A stretch of DNA of 64,000 nt from Convolutriloba macropyga. Taxonomy: Eukaryota. Positions 35,831 to 48,301 of the stretch are shown here, piece after piece (position 1 is the first letter of the stretch; each line of letters opens with the position of its first letter). The DNA lies in the NCBI RefSeq assembly GCF_964194025.1, contig NC_134475.1, positions 8,184,001-8,248,000 on the forward strand, given 5' to 3'. The notes beneath the pieces are model-generated. The model was not told where the DNA came from. It ran no database searches and saw nothing but the letters and a program-made list of their open reading frames with translations. The position numbers and the translations under genes are program-made.

Positions 35831-35949
35831 TTTTTTTGATATATTTTCATTTTGCTTCAATGCACTCATAAGAAAAAATTTGATAACTAGACGATGCTAG
35901 TCAAAGCGAAAACGTTCGTTTTTAAATTTAGATTTAGACTATTGGATTT

Positions 35950-36450
35950 TTAATATCCGCACAGCGAGAGCTGGGGTTATTATTGGCCTTCTCTTGGTTT
36001 TTTTTATTTCGTAAGATTTTTGTCAAGACCATATGGCGTCATAACCAGTTAAAATCTGATTTCTGTTCATTGGCTCATGCAATTTCAACTGAAGTGCGTG
36101 ACATCCTTTTTCGCTCTTAGTGAAGTGAGTTTTTTTTGTTCATTCGCTTGATTAAATTTTTGGTCTTAGGTGACTTACTCTCAAAGATGACTCCCTCACT
36201 GTGAAATTGACTTTTAATTACTTTATTTCATAGAGATAAAGTCAAGTGAATGTGTGTCACTCTAAATGAAGGTAATTTGAGAGCAGCTATTATAGGAAGC
36301 AATTATTTATACAGATTATTAATCGAAATATAACATATCAGCCTTCAGTGAAAGGACTATTTTTTTGGTCTCTCACTGTTTTTTTAGATCGCAGATCTGC
36401 GAAGGTATTGCGGCTATTTTCTGGCAATCCGCCAGCTGTGTCATTTTTTT
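35950..36450. repeat. Dispersed repeat, copy 1 (related to 45996-47608)
   Basis: Shares the start ccgcacagcg.agctgggg.tattattggccttctcttggtttttt and the body catgcaatttcaactgaa...gagagcagcta...gcggctattttctgg with the intronic copy. Confidence 0.85.
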
Positions 36451-36458
36451 ATTCCAAT

Positions 36459-36604
36459 TAATCCTATGCACAGTACCTTGCACTATGTTTTATGTTGCAA
36501 TGGGGCACAACTACGAAAATTTAGAGGTGTCGGTAGGCTTACGGTACCATTTGCATCATTTTTTAATTTCCTTGCTAACATATATGTCAAGAAAAGCCAG
36601 TTGA
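36459..36604 (-). mobile_element. Short Penelope RT C-terminal fragment, inverted relative to 32010-32140
   Basis: 'QLAFLDIYVS', 'CKWYRKPTDTS', 'LNFRSCAPLQHK', 'VQGTVHRI'; DNA ctggcttttcttgacat...tgttagcaaggaaa matches 32011-32048. Confidence 0.8.
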
Positions 36605-37278
36605 CCGTTTGACTTTTGTCATGAAAAGCCAGATCACAAGTGACAGTAGCTGAACTGAAGTGGCGGCAGTTCACTGCTGAAATCAATTGAAAATTGCGCC
36701 ATAGAAATTCGTGCAATTTTTCAAATTTATTAGTGGTATATGTAAACCTCTAGTGTCGTCATTTGAAGCGACCGTGGAAAATATTTACCGCCCTGCAGCT
36801 GAAGTAGGCTGCAATAGATTCGAGCTCCCACTAGCTCGAGAGCAGTTCTTTCGACGTTAATTGGTCATAATAACTTTTTCGGTCAATTGACGTTTCTAAG
36901 TTGTAATACCCTTGCACCACCCTCACTCAGTGAAGATAGGCTCTATAAGCGTAATGTAGTTATAACCAGTTGTACCAATAGTTAAAGAGCAATCCGATAT
37001 TAGTCGGCTATGTTCATCATTAACTGGTTCGTTATTATTTGTCGTAGACTGGTCGTAAAATGGACATTCATTTGTATCTGTGAAAACTGTCGTGCACATC
37101 CTAGAACCTAACAGCGGGAATAACATCCCAGTGGCATATCCACGAAGTCATAATAATAATAATAAATGTTTACCCAGCTGACACGCATGAAAACAATGAG
37201 AATTCATTTTCTTTCGAGAGTACTGTTTTTAATCCACTACTGGGTTCTATTTGGATAATTGTTGTCCTCAGAATTAAA

Positions 37279-37857
37279 ATGGACGATTTTGACGATGATT
37301 TGGATGACATAATGTCTCAGCAGTGTTTTAATTATGAAGATGATTCGACCTCGAAATTTAAAAAAGATTCAATTGTACGAAAAGTGGACATTGAACAACG
37401 TCTAAAACAACTTGAAGATGAGAACAAAGCATTGAAAGGTGAAGTTTCGCTGTTACGAAATAAAAATGCTACCGAATCAGCAATGCAAAAGAAGAAGCAA
37501 CAAGAATTGGAAGTTAAAATGCAGCAAACGGTAGAACAATGCCAAAGGGATGTTGGAAAGTTGTCTGCTGAGTTGGATTTCAAACACATAGAGCTCGCAT
37601 CCCAGAGAAAGTCTTTTCAAAGTGAGCCAGACACAAGGGGCAACATTGGGATGGCAAAACGATCGAGTTCAACTATGAAAAGCGAACTGCCCACTTATCT
37701 GGAAGTAATAGATACAGAAAACTACGATTTTTACAGTGAGAAGAAACCTGTCTTGAAAGTGAATGGTACAGCATTGAAACTTTCTCAAGAAGAAAAGGAT
37801 AAGAGAATGAAATTCTTTTGCAGAACAATTCAGCCTTTCAACCCTAACGCAGATTAA
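37279..37857 (+). CDS. ATRIP: ATRIP-like coiled-coil protein (192 aa; N-terminal part only)
   Basis: Clean ORF preceded by a splice acceptor (gtcctcag) and aaaATGG context. Acidic 'DDFDDDLDDIMSQ' resembles the ATRIP RPA-binding motif. 'KGEVSLLR...KLSAELDFKHIEL' resembles the ATRIP/Rad26 coil 'NGEIKILR...LQSELQFKDAEM'. The ORF is likely real; orthology is tentative. Confidence 0.55.
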   Translation: MDDFDDDLDDIMSQQCFNYEDDSTSKFKKDSIVRKVDIEQRLKQLEDENKALKGEVSLLRNKNATESAMQKKKQQELEVKMQQTVEQCQRDVGKLSAELDFKHIELASQRKSFQSEPDTRGNIGMAKRSSSTMKSELPTYLEVIDTENYDFYSEKKPVLKVNGTALKLSQEEKDKRMKFFCRTIQPFNPNAD

Positions 37858-38199
37858 ATTTCTGAACAAAAAATTAATTAGATTCATACTTGTTTGTTTT
37901 CGCCTTTTGAAATAATTGAAATTAGATTGCCTTATTTGCTGTTTTTACTTTGTAATGCACATTCTTTGTAATGCACATTTTTTGTAATGAACATTTTCGT
38001 GTGGCCGATTAGACTTTGTTTGTCTGGAGAACCGTAATATATGGAAAAACCCGAGGGCACTAAGTTGCTGCTCAGCTCAGGTCTATTAGCTTTACAGGAC
38101 TCGAAATGTGATGTTTACCGAGTGCAGCGGAAGTATCAAATCTCCGAATTTTATCACCGCTTGACAGTATTCCGACACGGCTTTTTAAATCTTTTCCGA

Positions 38200-38950
38200 A
38201 TTATTTTTTTAAACTAATCAATTTTTCTTTGGACAACGGAATTTTTCCCCCCGGTTCTTAAATTGGCTATCGTTAAAACTTACAGTAAAAAGTGAGTTTA
38301 GATTATGAGGTGTAATCTGTTAGAAAGAGCGGCTTTTGTAGACTCACCGAACACCTTCAAAAGCAATAATTTGTGTATATTCCAAAGTGCGCATAGAAAG
38401 TTATACTCAGCTGAAACAGCCCTTCTAAACGTTACCAATGACATTTGCCTAATTTAGAACTCATGAAAAGCACTTTTCATATTGAATTCGACCTAACGAT
38501 ACACCATAGCATAGTATACTTCTATCTATTCTCCATGTCAGCCTAGGTTTCGATGGTTCTGTTGACTACTTCGTGAAAAGCTATCTCAAAAGTAGATCTC
38601 AAGAGGGCCTGGGATTCAAGATCTGTTGTCTTTGGAACAGAAAATCAAAACAGAGATACCAAAAAGTTCTGTTTTAGTCCCCTTGCGTTTCACCTGTTCT
38701 TTTTTGTCCCATTAGAGGCCATATTCGAACGGCTACAAGTCAAGTATCATTTCTATGCAGATGCTACTGTGGTCTACTTAGTCTCCAAAAAACTATAATT
38801 CAAGTAGATTTTTGAACAATGAGCAACTTAGACATGGTTTAGTGGCGTCAAATACTAATGAAACAGAACTGTTGAAAATTGTGAGAAAGAAATCTTCTAT
38901 TGCTTATCTTTCAATCCCAGTGAATTCCAGTTTGTCAAAAACCGTACAAT
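38200..38950 (+). mobile_element. Highly decayed L2/CR1-type LINE RT fragment
   Basis: 'FQSAHRKLYSAETALLNVTNDI', 'TEIPKSSVLVPL' (cf. GVPQGSVLGPL), 'YHFYADAT' (cf. YADDT). Confidence 0.75.
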
Positions 38951-41423
38951 TTCTTGGCTTTTTTTTGATGATAAACTTCTACTTTGAAAACAAATCAGAA
39001 TAGTTAGTTCCACCTGGTACTTCTTTTTAGGAAAAATCTCTTCTTTTAGAGATTCAGTTGATAAGGTTGTTATAATTGACATTGTGAGTGTACTTGTTTT
39101 TAAGTAATGTGACTATTGCAATTCACTTTTGTTTTCTTGCTATACTTAAAACCTACAGCGGATAATGAGTTGTGCCTGCAGGCTGATATTCCGATAGTCA
39201 ACTGGAACACCAACACCAAGGTTCATCAGGCAACTAAACTGGTTACCTATGCAGAAACGTGTTCTCTTTTGGCCATCGCTGAATTCATCATACCTACCGA
39301 GATCCAGAGTACCTTAGATCACTTGTTTTTCTTATGAATAATGTTATAAGACGCCATTAAGTATAGAACCCTTGAATTCCTACTGTTAAGGCGGCTTTTA
39401 GAATGAGGTCAATTCGTCCTGCCTTTCCTCGTCAGGGAACATACTGCCATTTGTATTGAGGCTATTACCTGACGAACTTATTTTAAAAAAAATGATTTCT
39501 GAATATTTTGTACAGCACTCTTGATTACTTAAATGGTCCCTAATCCTATCATGATAATAGTTTTGGCTACCAATTTCTTAAGTTCTTTTCTGGAATTTTA
39601 ACTTTGCTAGACAGCAATTTATTTTAATATACCTAATTTTGCGCCTTTTTGACGTCTCTAGGCTAATTTGACTCCTCTTCTAATGCCGCGCTTGATCTGC
39701 AGAGAAATATCATCAACAAAATCAAACAGGATCAACCCATAAACACCAGATTTAGATGCCCAGTGTTTGAACTTCTTGCTAATAAGTCTTAGTTACCATG
39801 TCCAATGTTTATTGCTATTGATGTCAATCCCTGTATCCTCTCATTAAAGAACAGGGGTATGTGTGACTGTAAATATCAGTCAAAAAGGGTTGTACTTATG
39901 AAAAGTTTTTTTGTGCAATCATTTTTTTCGGTTCTTTTTATGCAATGGGAATATATGGTGGCTATTTTCCGGCAATTTGCTGGTATGTTTTCGTGCTTAA
40001 GATTCTTTTGGTGTTTTTGATCATTCTTTTGGTGTTTAAGATCATATGGTGTTTTTGTTTTTTATAGAAATTTGAATATCTATGCGTGCTTGAGACAGTT
40101 TTAACAGCGGCAATCAGAACAAAGAAATGAGTTGACAGCGAAAAAAAATCGGAAGTTTAATCTCAATTTAAATCAATCCTCGAGAGAGACGATCTGAAAT
40201 ATTTGATTGGCTTCCGAAACTAAAAAATTATACGTTTCATTTTGGTTTAATTTGCTAACTTAAAAGATCAAGATTGCAAATTCTTATAAAGGATGCAAAT
40301 TCCAGACACCTATTCGTCGATGTTTCTGCATTAATTGTTTATTAGCTATCATTTTTAAGCTCAGTGTTTGCAGGCAAATGCATTTTATTTTTCAACTTTA
40401 TCTAATAACTATTTTTTGTTTCCAGATTTGATAATTGTCGAAAGAAAAATGTTTTCTGTGGAAAATTTCAATTTTGAGAAGCATAATACGGCTCAGTTAT
40501 TGTTTTTTGTTTTGCCGGCTTGGTATTTATATTGAGTCTTTCGTTATTATTTAGTCTCTGGATAGCATTGAGACGGTAATTTTCTTAAAAATTTCTTGCA
40601 TAATTTTCGGGAGAGAACGAAACGGCCTGCAATATAGTTCCTTATATTTTCTTTGAAAATGTTGATAGAAGTTTGAAAATAGAAGACACTATTCTGATTA
40701 ACAATAGTGCTGAATATTGATATTTGCAGGCTTTTTATCCAAAGTACAGGTTAAGCTTTAAGCAATAATATCTCTCATATTATTTAACAATGGTTTAACT
40801 CAATACAAATTTATAGATTGCAAAATGGAAAGCCTCTTCGCAACGTTGAAAATACTTATTTTGCATTGTTATTTTTTATTGTTGAGATGTCAGTATTTCT
40901 CATTTTAACATTTTGCGGAATTGTTTCTCTACAAATCTGCAGTAAGCGGTTTTTGCATGCTTGAAATTTTGTTATTTAATTGGCAACTAATGCGATGCTC
41001 TTCGCAGATTTGCTACATAATATGGTGCAATGGCTTGCTCAGCGTCTCTGTAAAAATGTTTGTTTTTTGCTTTTAGTTGTTTTGGAAAGAATTGTCATGT
41101 GACTGTTTTAGTTTCGCGTGACTTGACAAAAACTTAGTCATTTTACTGTGACGTATTTATATTTTCAGAGCTGAGAATGGTATGAGCTGAATGTGAATGT
41201 TATTATTTTGTTTTGGCAGCGCGCTTAATTGGAGCTCTGCTTTGCGTTGAGTTTGCTTATGCTAAACAAGCAGCCATTTTCTGGTCAAACTTGCGTACTC
41301 TCCAAAGTAGGTGAAAATGCGTTGGTAGATCGTGTTTGTTATCTCCACGATAAGTAAACATTTGATCCAGTTGTATATAGCATTAACACAGTTGTGTTGT
41401 ATATTAAGAAGGCCTTTAAAAGC

Positions 41424-42093
41424 ATGGAGCAGTCCCTGTCAAGTAATAGCCTCTCTGGCCTTTCGTCTACTGGGAACGGCGGTAGGAATCAACTGTCTAA
41501 CCAGCAACAGGGAGCCACTGGAACTAATTCAGCCGCTGGCGTAAATATCAACAACGCTTCCAATGAGAACACAGAACTGCACGACTCCTCGCTAGAAGAA
41601 ATCCGGGGTTTGAGTTGCCAGATTTGTTATCAAAACTTTTCACGAGACGGTGAACACGTGCCTAGAAACCTGCAATGTGGGCATAGTTATTGCACCTCTT
41701 GTCTTAATCGTTTGGTGGGACAGTACTGTATTGGAACCGTCCGCTGTCCGACCTGCAAACACGAAACTCTCATTAACGGATTTATGGACGACGTTCACCA
41801 ACTGCCCAAAAATTTTGGCGTCCTTGAGATTCTGGCTGCCCAAGAAGAGGATCCGCAGCGCCAGGGCCGAAGGAACCCGGCAATGCCCAAGCGACCGCCG
41901 CCAAAACCCCCAAATCCCCCCTCTAATGGTGGAGGAGCAAGTACTGCTGCCACTGGGCTGTCTGTGGGAAGTACCAGAATGATGCACAGCGGATCCAACT
42001 CTTTGGGGTCGAGTGGGGGTTCTATTGGTATCGCTGCTCCGCCTTCAAACTATGACATATCTCCATATGAAATGCGCTGCCAAGTTCACGAAG
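41424..42093 (+). CDS. TRIM/RBCC E3 ligase, coding exon 1 (RING finger)
   Basis: 'CQICYQNF...VPRNLQCGHSYCTSCL...VRCPTCK...LPKNFGVLEIL'; donor G|GTAAC, phase 1. Confidence 0.92.
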
Positions 42094-42606
42094 GTAACAT
42101 AAATTTTGTAGGGAATTTAGAGCTTCCACCCATTTATTTACAATATTGATGAGGCTATTGATTACCAGGCTTTATTTATAATTTGGTCATTTTTCCCCAA
42201 TCCTTACAATTTGTTTAACGTTTATTCTTTTAACAGCTATCTTATTTTTAGTACTGAACCAGACCCTCTTTGTTAACGACTTCAACGATCATAATAGCCG
42301 TTTATTGCTCAGAAAGTTCTCGAGGCCTTATTTTGAACAATTTTAATCGTTTTATTTTAGTGGCTTGTGTAAAGTATTTATTAATTGCTCTCGAACGAAG
42401 TTCGTATCAATTATTGTAAACGTGTTGGTCTTTTTATGCAAATTTTTTGCGTGACAGTTTTCGCGATTTTCTTCTAGAACATTCTTTGACTTCTCAACTG
42501 ATTTTTTCACGCTTTCGTTCTTTCATTTTTGAATGATCTCTATTGCTCTCACTCCGAAGTAAAGCTTGTTGTGAAAATAAAATCGATTGCAACAGAGCAG
42601 CAAGAA

Positions 42607-42790
42607 GGGCCTGATAGCCGAGTGGGCAGTGGTTCTGGTGAGGGATCGGGAGGTCCATTGTTCGAATCTCGGGGTGGTCAACTATTTTTGTACCCCTAAA
42701 TAAAAATTTATGTAGGCTACAGCCCCTGAATTAAATTGTATCGCCTGTCATTCGAGAGCAATTCTTCCGACATTTGTCGGGTTATTCATT
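42607..42790 (+). mobile_element. tRNA-derived SINE in TRIM intron 1
   Basis: Pol III A box TAGCCGAGTGG (42615-42625) and B box GTTCGAATC (42660-42668); body motif gtcattcgagagcaattcttccgac recurs elsewhere in the window. Confidence 0.65.
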
Positions 42791-43753
42791 TATTGTGGCA
42801 AAACGTCTGAAACAACTCAAATAGAACAGTTGTTTTTTGGTGGCCTAGACAAAAATAATGCCGCTGTAGATTGATAATGACCCCCGTAATAGTTAGTTTT
42901 ACAAATTTTAATGGATAATCCCACCACTTAAAATGATGTTACTATCACTATGCTATGCAAACCATTTTCAGTATAAAACAAACGTTAGGTTGTTCAAATG
43001 ACACACAATGAAAACATGAAAACAAATTTTGTTGACGTTGGAAAAGGAAACAGTGCCCATGCAAGAATACTGAACGTAAAAAGTAAGTTAGCACCCCCGC
43101 CCTAGTTTTACCTATTTTTGACGCAATAATACTATCTTGTAACTTTCAATCAAATTTCGGATAAAATTTGTACACCATTGATCCCGCTGGTCTTGTCTAC
43201 TTATGAAATTCAGATATGTAACTGTAAGTTACCAGATACCCAGAGTAAAGGAGACGAACAACATTCAAGTCTCACAAGAAGAAGAAAAATTGTCACCATA
43301 TCACATTTTTTAACATCCTTTCTCTCTCTGTTTAACGCAAATGCAAACTCAATCGTAGTTGAAAACATGTGAAAACATATCGCATTTTGAGACAACTTTC
43401 TTTCAACAATGAAACTTGGATGGAGTTCGTCAAATTCACATTGGGATATCTTGTTAACTTTGCCTATTATCTGTACTTTCTAGGTTGGCAAGACTACTAG
43501 CCAAGGGGATCAATGTTGTAATTATTTCCAAAATTTGAATACAAGATGTAATAATAATTATAATTTTGGTTCCTGCGTAATCGCAGCGGAACAGCATTAG
43601 GCTACTGCGACCTGTTCTCAGCTGCCCTTTTTCTTATTAGAAAATATTGCGTCAAAAATTGAATTTCGCAAAACTAGGGCTTACTTTTGACGTTCAGTAT
43701 ACTTGACCGAAATGTTTCAAATGATCAATTTAAAGGAATATGTTGTGTTGCAG

Positions 43754-44138
43754 GAGAACCGATGAAAGTGTTCTGCAAAACATGCAATGAACTAATTTGT
43801 ATTTACTGCCAAGTCTACGGCTCACATCAGCAACATACATGCGAGTTAGTTTCACAAACCGCAGAACAGGGCAGACGAGAGGTGATCTCGATGTCCGAGA
43901 ATTTAGGCAGAAGTAAAGAGAACCTTCTGCTCGCTCGTCAGATCATAATCGAAACTATATCTGCGGTTCGTCACAAGGAAGAAAAGACCATTCGTGAGGT
44001 TACACACCATTTTGACACTATGCGGAAGAGAGTTCACAAGCGGGAATGTCAGTTGAAAGACATGGTCAAGTGCAAGACGTCTCAGAAGATTGCGGCTTTG
44101 GAGGCGCAGGAGAGAACCATTTCTGATCTCATCGATCG
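43754..44138 (+). CDS. TRIM gene exon 2 (B-box2 plus coiled coil)
   Basis: ttgcag acceptor; splicing restores 'CQVHEGEPMKVFCKTCNELICIYCQVYGSHQQH'; donor CG|GTTAG, phase 2. Confidence 0.9.
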
Positions 44139-44674
44139 GTTAGAAGTCCACTTTTAACTTCAAAGTCACAATTTAATTGTTCTTCATAGCTGCGGTAACT
44201 TTTTTGAGAACTTAAGTATTTGAAATGACAGTGAATTGTAAGCATAATCTTTAAACGTGCATTCCGAAATGGAAATTTTGTCAAGGTAGTTGAAATTTTG
44301 GCATACATCTGGGTTTTCTTTTCGTATGCAATATTTCTTGGACCCATTTGCCTTTTCGGGGGGTTTCTCGCCCTCAACTTGATTTTTGTGTTGTCTATTT
44401 CGCTCTCATTCAACATTTTAAGCAGCTGAAATCAATCGATTTCGTTTGCTATTTGGCGTCAGTCAAGGACAGTTCCAAACGAGAAGCAAAATTTTCGTTC
44501 AGACTTTAGTTTAATGACAAAAGGCGCGATAATGATCTCTAGTTACTCGTTTTTTAAGCCTTTAAACGTAGAAGTTGAGACCCCTGTACCGTCATTTGAG
44601 AGCAATTTGAGCTGTCATGTTTTGAAGCTGTAGAATTCTATTTCGAATTGAGCCTGAACAATTTATGTTTTCAG

Positions 44675-45583
44675 ATGTGAAGTAACTCAAAGGGTGTGTA
44701 CGCGGTCATTGACAGAAGACGATGTGACTGTTGTGCAAGAGAAGGATGCCCTTTTACACGAGATGACAGCTTTATCCGACATATCAACCGAATGCGAACT
44801 GGCTCCCGTTTGCATTGACAACATTCTATGCATGTTACCGCGAGATGCCTTCGACGTTATTATGATTCACGGGACGGTCGAGGAGTCAACATCCTCAGAG
44901 CAGGATCCGCTTGGCAATCTTGCAGATATTGCGTCCAGTTCTAGACAAACTGACGTAGGGTTTGGCGATCGGGTTTGGGCAGAACCCGTCGAGGACAATT
45001 TAACATTTTTACCCAATCCGCCTAGAGATGATCTGGAGTTGGGTTCTAATGGGTTCAGGCAAACACGGCGCGGAGTGAGTCAACGGGCCCGGGGTAGACT
45101 TGCAAATCCGATTGGACCACATGACCTTTTTCCGATTGGAGGGGGAGGTCTGATGCAACAACTGGCATCGGATGTTCCGATCATTAATCCAGCAAGAATG
45201 AATCATGCCAGACATCGATCATTGTCCCATCATTCCGGACGTCAGAGAGCAGACTTGAATGCGAGCTACTCTTCGACTGAAGAACAACTTCGATCCTCAA
45301 TTGAGGAAGCTATCAGGGCTGTACAGAATGCAGAGATAAGAGAATCGCGAGGAACTAGAGGTGGAATGATGACTCCCCAGTGTCCGAGAGAGGCGGCTGC
45401 GCAAGCTGCCATTAAGAGGCAACAAGTTACTCAAAACTTGGTAGGGAACATTTTGAGTGTGGTGAGGCCGGCGTTAGAAGAGCAGAGCTCTGAAGAGGGA
45501 CAGGCAGTTGATGACACTCAGCTTACGAGTAACTTGACGACCATTGAGTCAGCTATGCACGAGATACAGAGTGCTGTTTCAAG
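44675..45583 (+). CDS. TRIM gene exon 3
   Basis: ttttcag acceptor, phase-compatible with exon 2, open frame to AG|GTAGA. Confidence 0.85.
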
Positions 45584-45829
45584 GTAGAGAATGAAGTGTG
45601 CCTTTAAAATTCAGTCATCTGTTACAACTGATTTTTTTGTCCATTTGATCCCATTTGGGCATTTCTTCGACAGTTAACTGGTTTGTCAGATTGTGCATTG
45701 TAGTTCTGAAAAAAATAGCCAAACGTTCTGAAAATTAGGGCATCCCATTTTGATGCACGAATTCATTCTTTTATTACTGCGATTTTTTGCGTGACCGCTT
45801 TTTCGTCTGACCCTTTTGACTTTTCACCT

Positions 45830-45856
45830 CCCCCCCCCACACACACACACACACAA
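45830..45856. repeat. poly-C/(CA)n microsatellite
   Basis: Directly visible. Confidence 0.9.
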
Positions 45857-45995
45857 CCCCCTTATGCTCACCTGACGCTAACTACCACCTCCCTTAATTA
45901 ATCTAAAGCTGGCCTCCCTAAGCCGCAGCTGGCTACTGAGGAAACCAACTGCTGGCCAGTCGTTTGAGAGCAATTTACCGGCGTTAGTCGCTTAT

Positions 45996-47608
45996 TAATA
46001 GCCGCACAGCGGTAGCTGGGGCTATTATTGGCCTTCTCTTGGTTTTTTACAATTCAAAGAATTTGAATTGTATTGGGGCACTGTCTTTTAAGATCTGATC
46101 ACACATTTTCATGATTTTTGAAGTCAAATTGGATTAGTGATTTTGGTCACGCCGAAACAGGAATTAGAGCGAAAAAGCGACTGGTTTTGTGGCGTGAAAT
46201 TTTTTCGCTCTAATTTTAAAGTAGAGTGAGAAAACGGTGTTTGAACAAAAATTCGCTTTCTCGCTAGTGGTTTTTTGTTCACATGTGACATTTTCACTTT
46301 GATTTTTACTTTTTTTTCAGTTTTTTGGATCGGATTTTTTTCCAAATGGTTTTCCCAATCCATTCATAGTTCATTCTAGGCCTAGTTTTTTTGTTTGAGC
46401 CAAATTTCCATTTCTCGCTAGTGGTTTTTTGTTCACATGCGGAATTTTGACATTGATTTTCTGTTTTTTTAATTTTTTTTCTTATTTTTTTAGAAATGGT
46501 TTTCCCAATCCACTCATAGTCCGTTCTTGGTATAATTTCTTGCTTAGTCAATGAAAATTCTTTGAATTATACGTAAGGACTTGTCCTGCTATGTTTTTAC
46601 AATTCAAAGAATTTGAATTGTATTTGGGTGGTGTCTTTTTTTTAAGATGTCTTTACAGATTTTCATGATTTTTGAAGTCAAATTGGAGTAGTGATTTTGG
46701 TCACGCCCAAACAGGAAGTAGAGTGAAAAAGCGAGTGGTTTTGCGGCGTGAAATTTTTCCGCTCTAAATTTAAAGTAGAGTGAGAAAACGGTGTTTGAAC
46801 GAAAATTCGCTTTCTCGCTAGTAGTTCTTTGTCACATGCGGCAATTTGACGTTGATTTTTACTGTTTTTTCGATTTTTTGGATCAGATTTTTTTCTAAAT
46901 GGTTTTTCCAATCCATTCATTGTTCATTCTAGGTCTAGTTTTTTGTTTAAAACAAATTTCCGTTTCTCGCTAGTAGTTTTTTTTACATGCGGCAATTTCA
47001 CTTTGATTTTTACTGTTTTTCGATTTTTTGGGTAGGATTTTTAAAAATTGTTTTCCCAATCCATTCATAGTCCGTTCGAGGTCTAGTTTTCAGTTTAGTC
47101 AATGAAAATTCTTCGAATTGTACGTCAGGACTTGTCCTGGTATGTTTTTTGTTTCTTCTTCAAGGTTTTTGTTACGACCTTATGATGTCACAACCACTTC
47201 AAATCTGCTTTTTGTTCATTCGTTCATGCAATTTCAACTGAAATACGTGCATGACATCATATTCGCTCTTATTGGAGCGAGTTTTTTGTTCATTCGCGTG
47301 ATTATATTTTGGGTCACAAATGACTTACCTAACTCTCAAGAATGACTTCCTCACTTTGGGGGGAATTGACTTTTATTTACTTTAATTCAAAGATATAAGG
47401 TCATGTGAATGTATGTCACTCTAATTGAAGGTTTTTTGAGAGCAGCTAATAGAGGCAGCAATAACACAGATTCGTAATCGAAATATAACATCTCAGCCTT
47501 TAATAAAAAGACTTTTGGTCTGTCTTTTTTACTGTTTTTTTAGACTGCAGATCTACAAAGCTGTTGCGGCTATTTTCTGGAAATCTGCCAGCCATGTTAT
47601 TTATTGTT
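45996..47608. repeat. Dispersed repeat, copy 2, in TRIM intron 3, with a ~550-bp internal tandem duplication (46043-46593, 46594-47143) built from ~125-bp subrepeats
   Basis: ttacaattcaaagaatttgaattg starts both units; tttctcgctagt and ccaatccattcat recur inside each; ends match 35950-36450. Confidence 0.88.
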
Positions 47609-47659
47609 CATGCTTTGAAACGAAGTTATAGTTACCTAACTTCGCCTTTATGCTTTCAG

Positions 47660-47861
47660 CGCTCGAGCAACTTTGGAAGAATCTATGGGCCATAATCCAA
47701 TCAATAATTCACCAGGAAATGGGGATGACTCCAATGGATCGTCAACTGCCTCTTCAACGACACAGCAGGCCTCGCCAGACTCTGGCTCATTCGAAGTTGC
47801 TCGGCCTTCAGTCCAGTCTGGTGACGAAGAAGAAGCTGACGATGGTCGAATTTACGAACAG
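47660..47861 (+). CDS. TRIM gene exon 4 (Ser/acidic, disordered)
   Basis: ctttcag acceptor (phase 2), donor CAG|GTAAA (phase 0). Confidence 0.82.
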
Positions 47862-48301
47862 GTAAATGCGATATTTTTTATTCGTAAGTACCTTTGACCT
47901 CTGTTAAGCAATTTTGTGTATTCATTAACCTGTGTGAACAAATTTGTAAGGGTTTCTTCATTGATGATGAATTGTTAAAACAAATGAGAGGTTGCGGTTT
48001 GATCATTAGAAGGTGTATTATATTTGGTCATATGGGTAAGAATTATTAATCAGACTAAGCGCTTTGTTCTGAAACTGTTGCTAAATTATTGCAAAGATTG
48101 GATGTGCCAAAATAAAAAATTGAGAATGTGTTAAATACTGACTCAAAAGCAGACAGGAATTATTAGCTGCCGTGTCCTCAAACGTTCGAGGACACGGAAA
48201 GAACCTGCAAACAAAAACGGTTTTTCGCTTTCGTTTGAACTTTTGCCTCATTTGTATGACCACTCCTCTATATGCTAAACTTGACATTCTATTCTACGCA
48301 G

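Noticed and set aside
36923-37126. 67-aa - strand ORF divergent from the ATRIP-like gene
   Set aside because: Coding-like composition but no recognisable motif, an in-frame stop just upstream and no partner exons; insufficient support.
42607-42680. tRNA gene
   Set aside because: A and B boxes are present but I cannot fold a convincing acceptor or anticodon stem; it is followed by a repeat body, so SINE is the better call.
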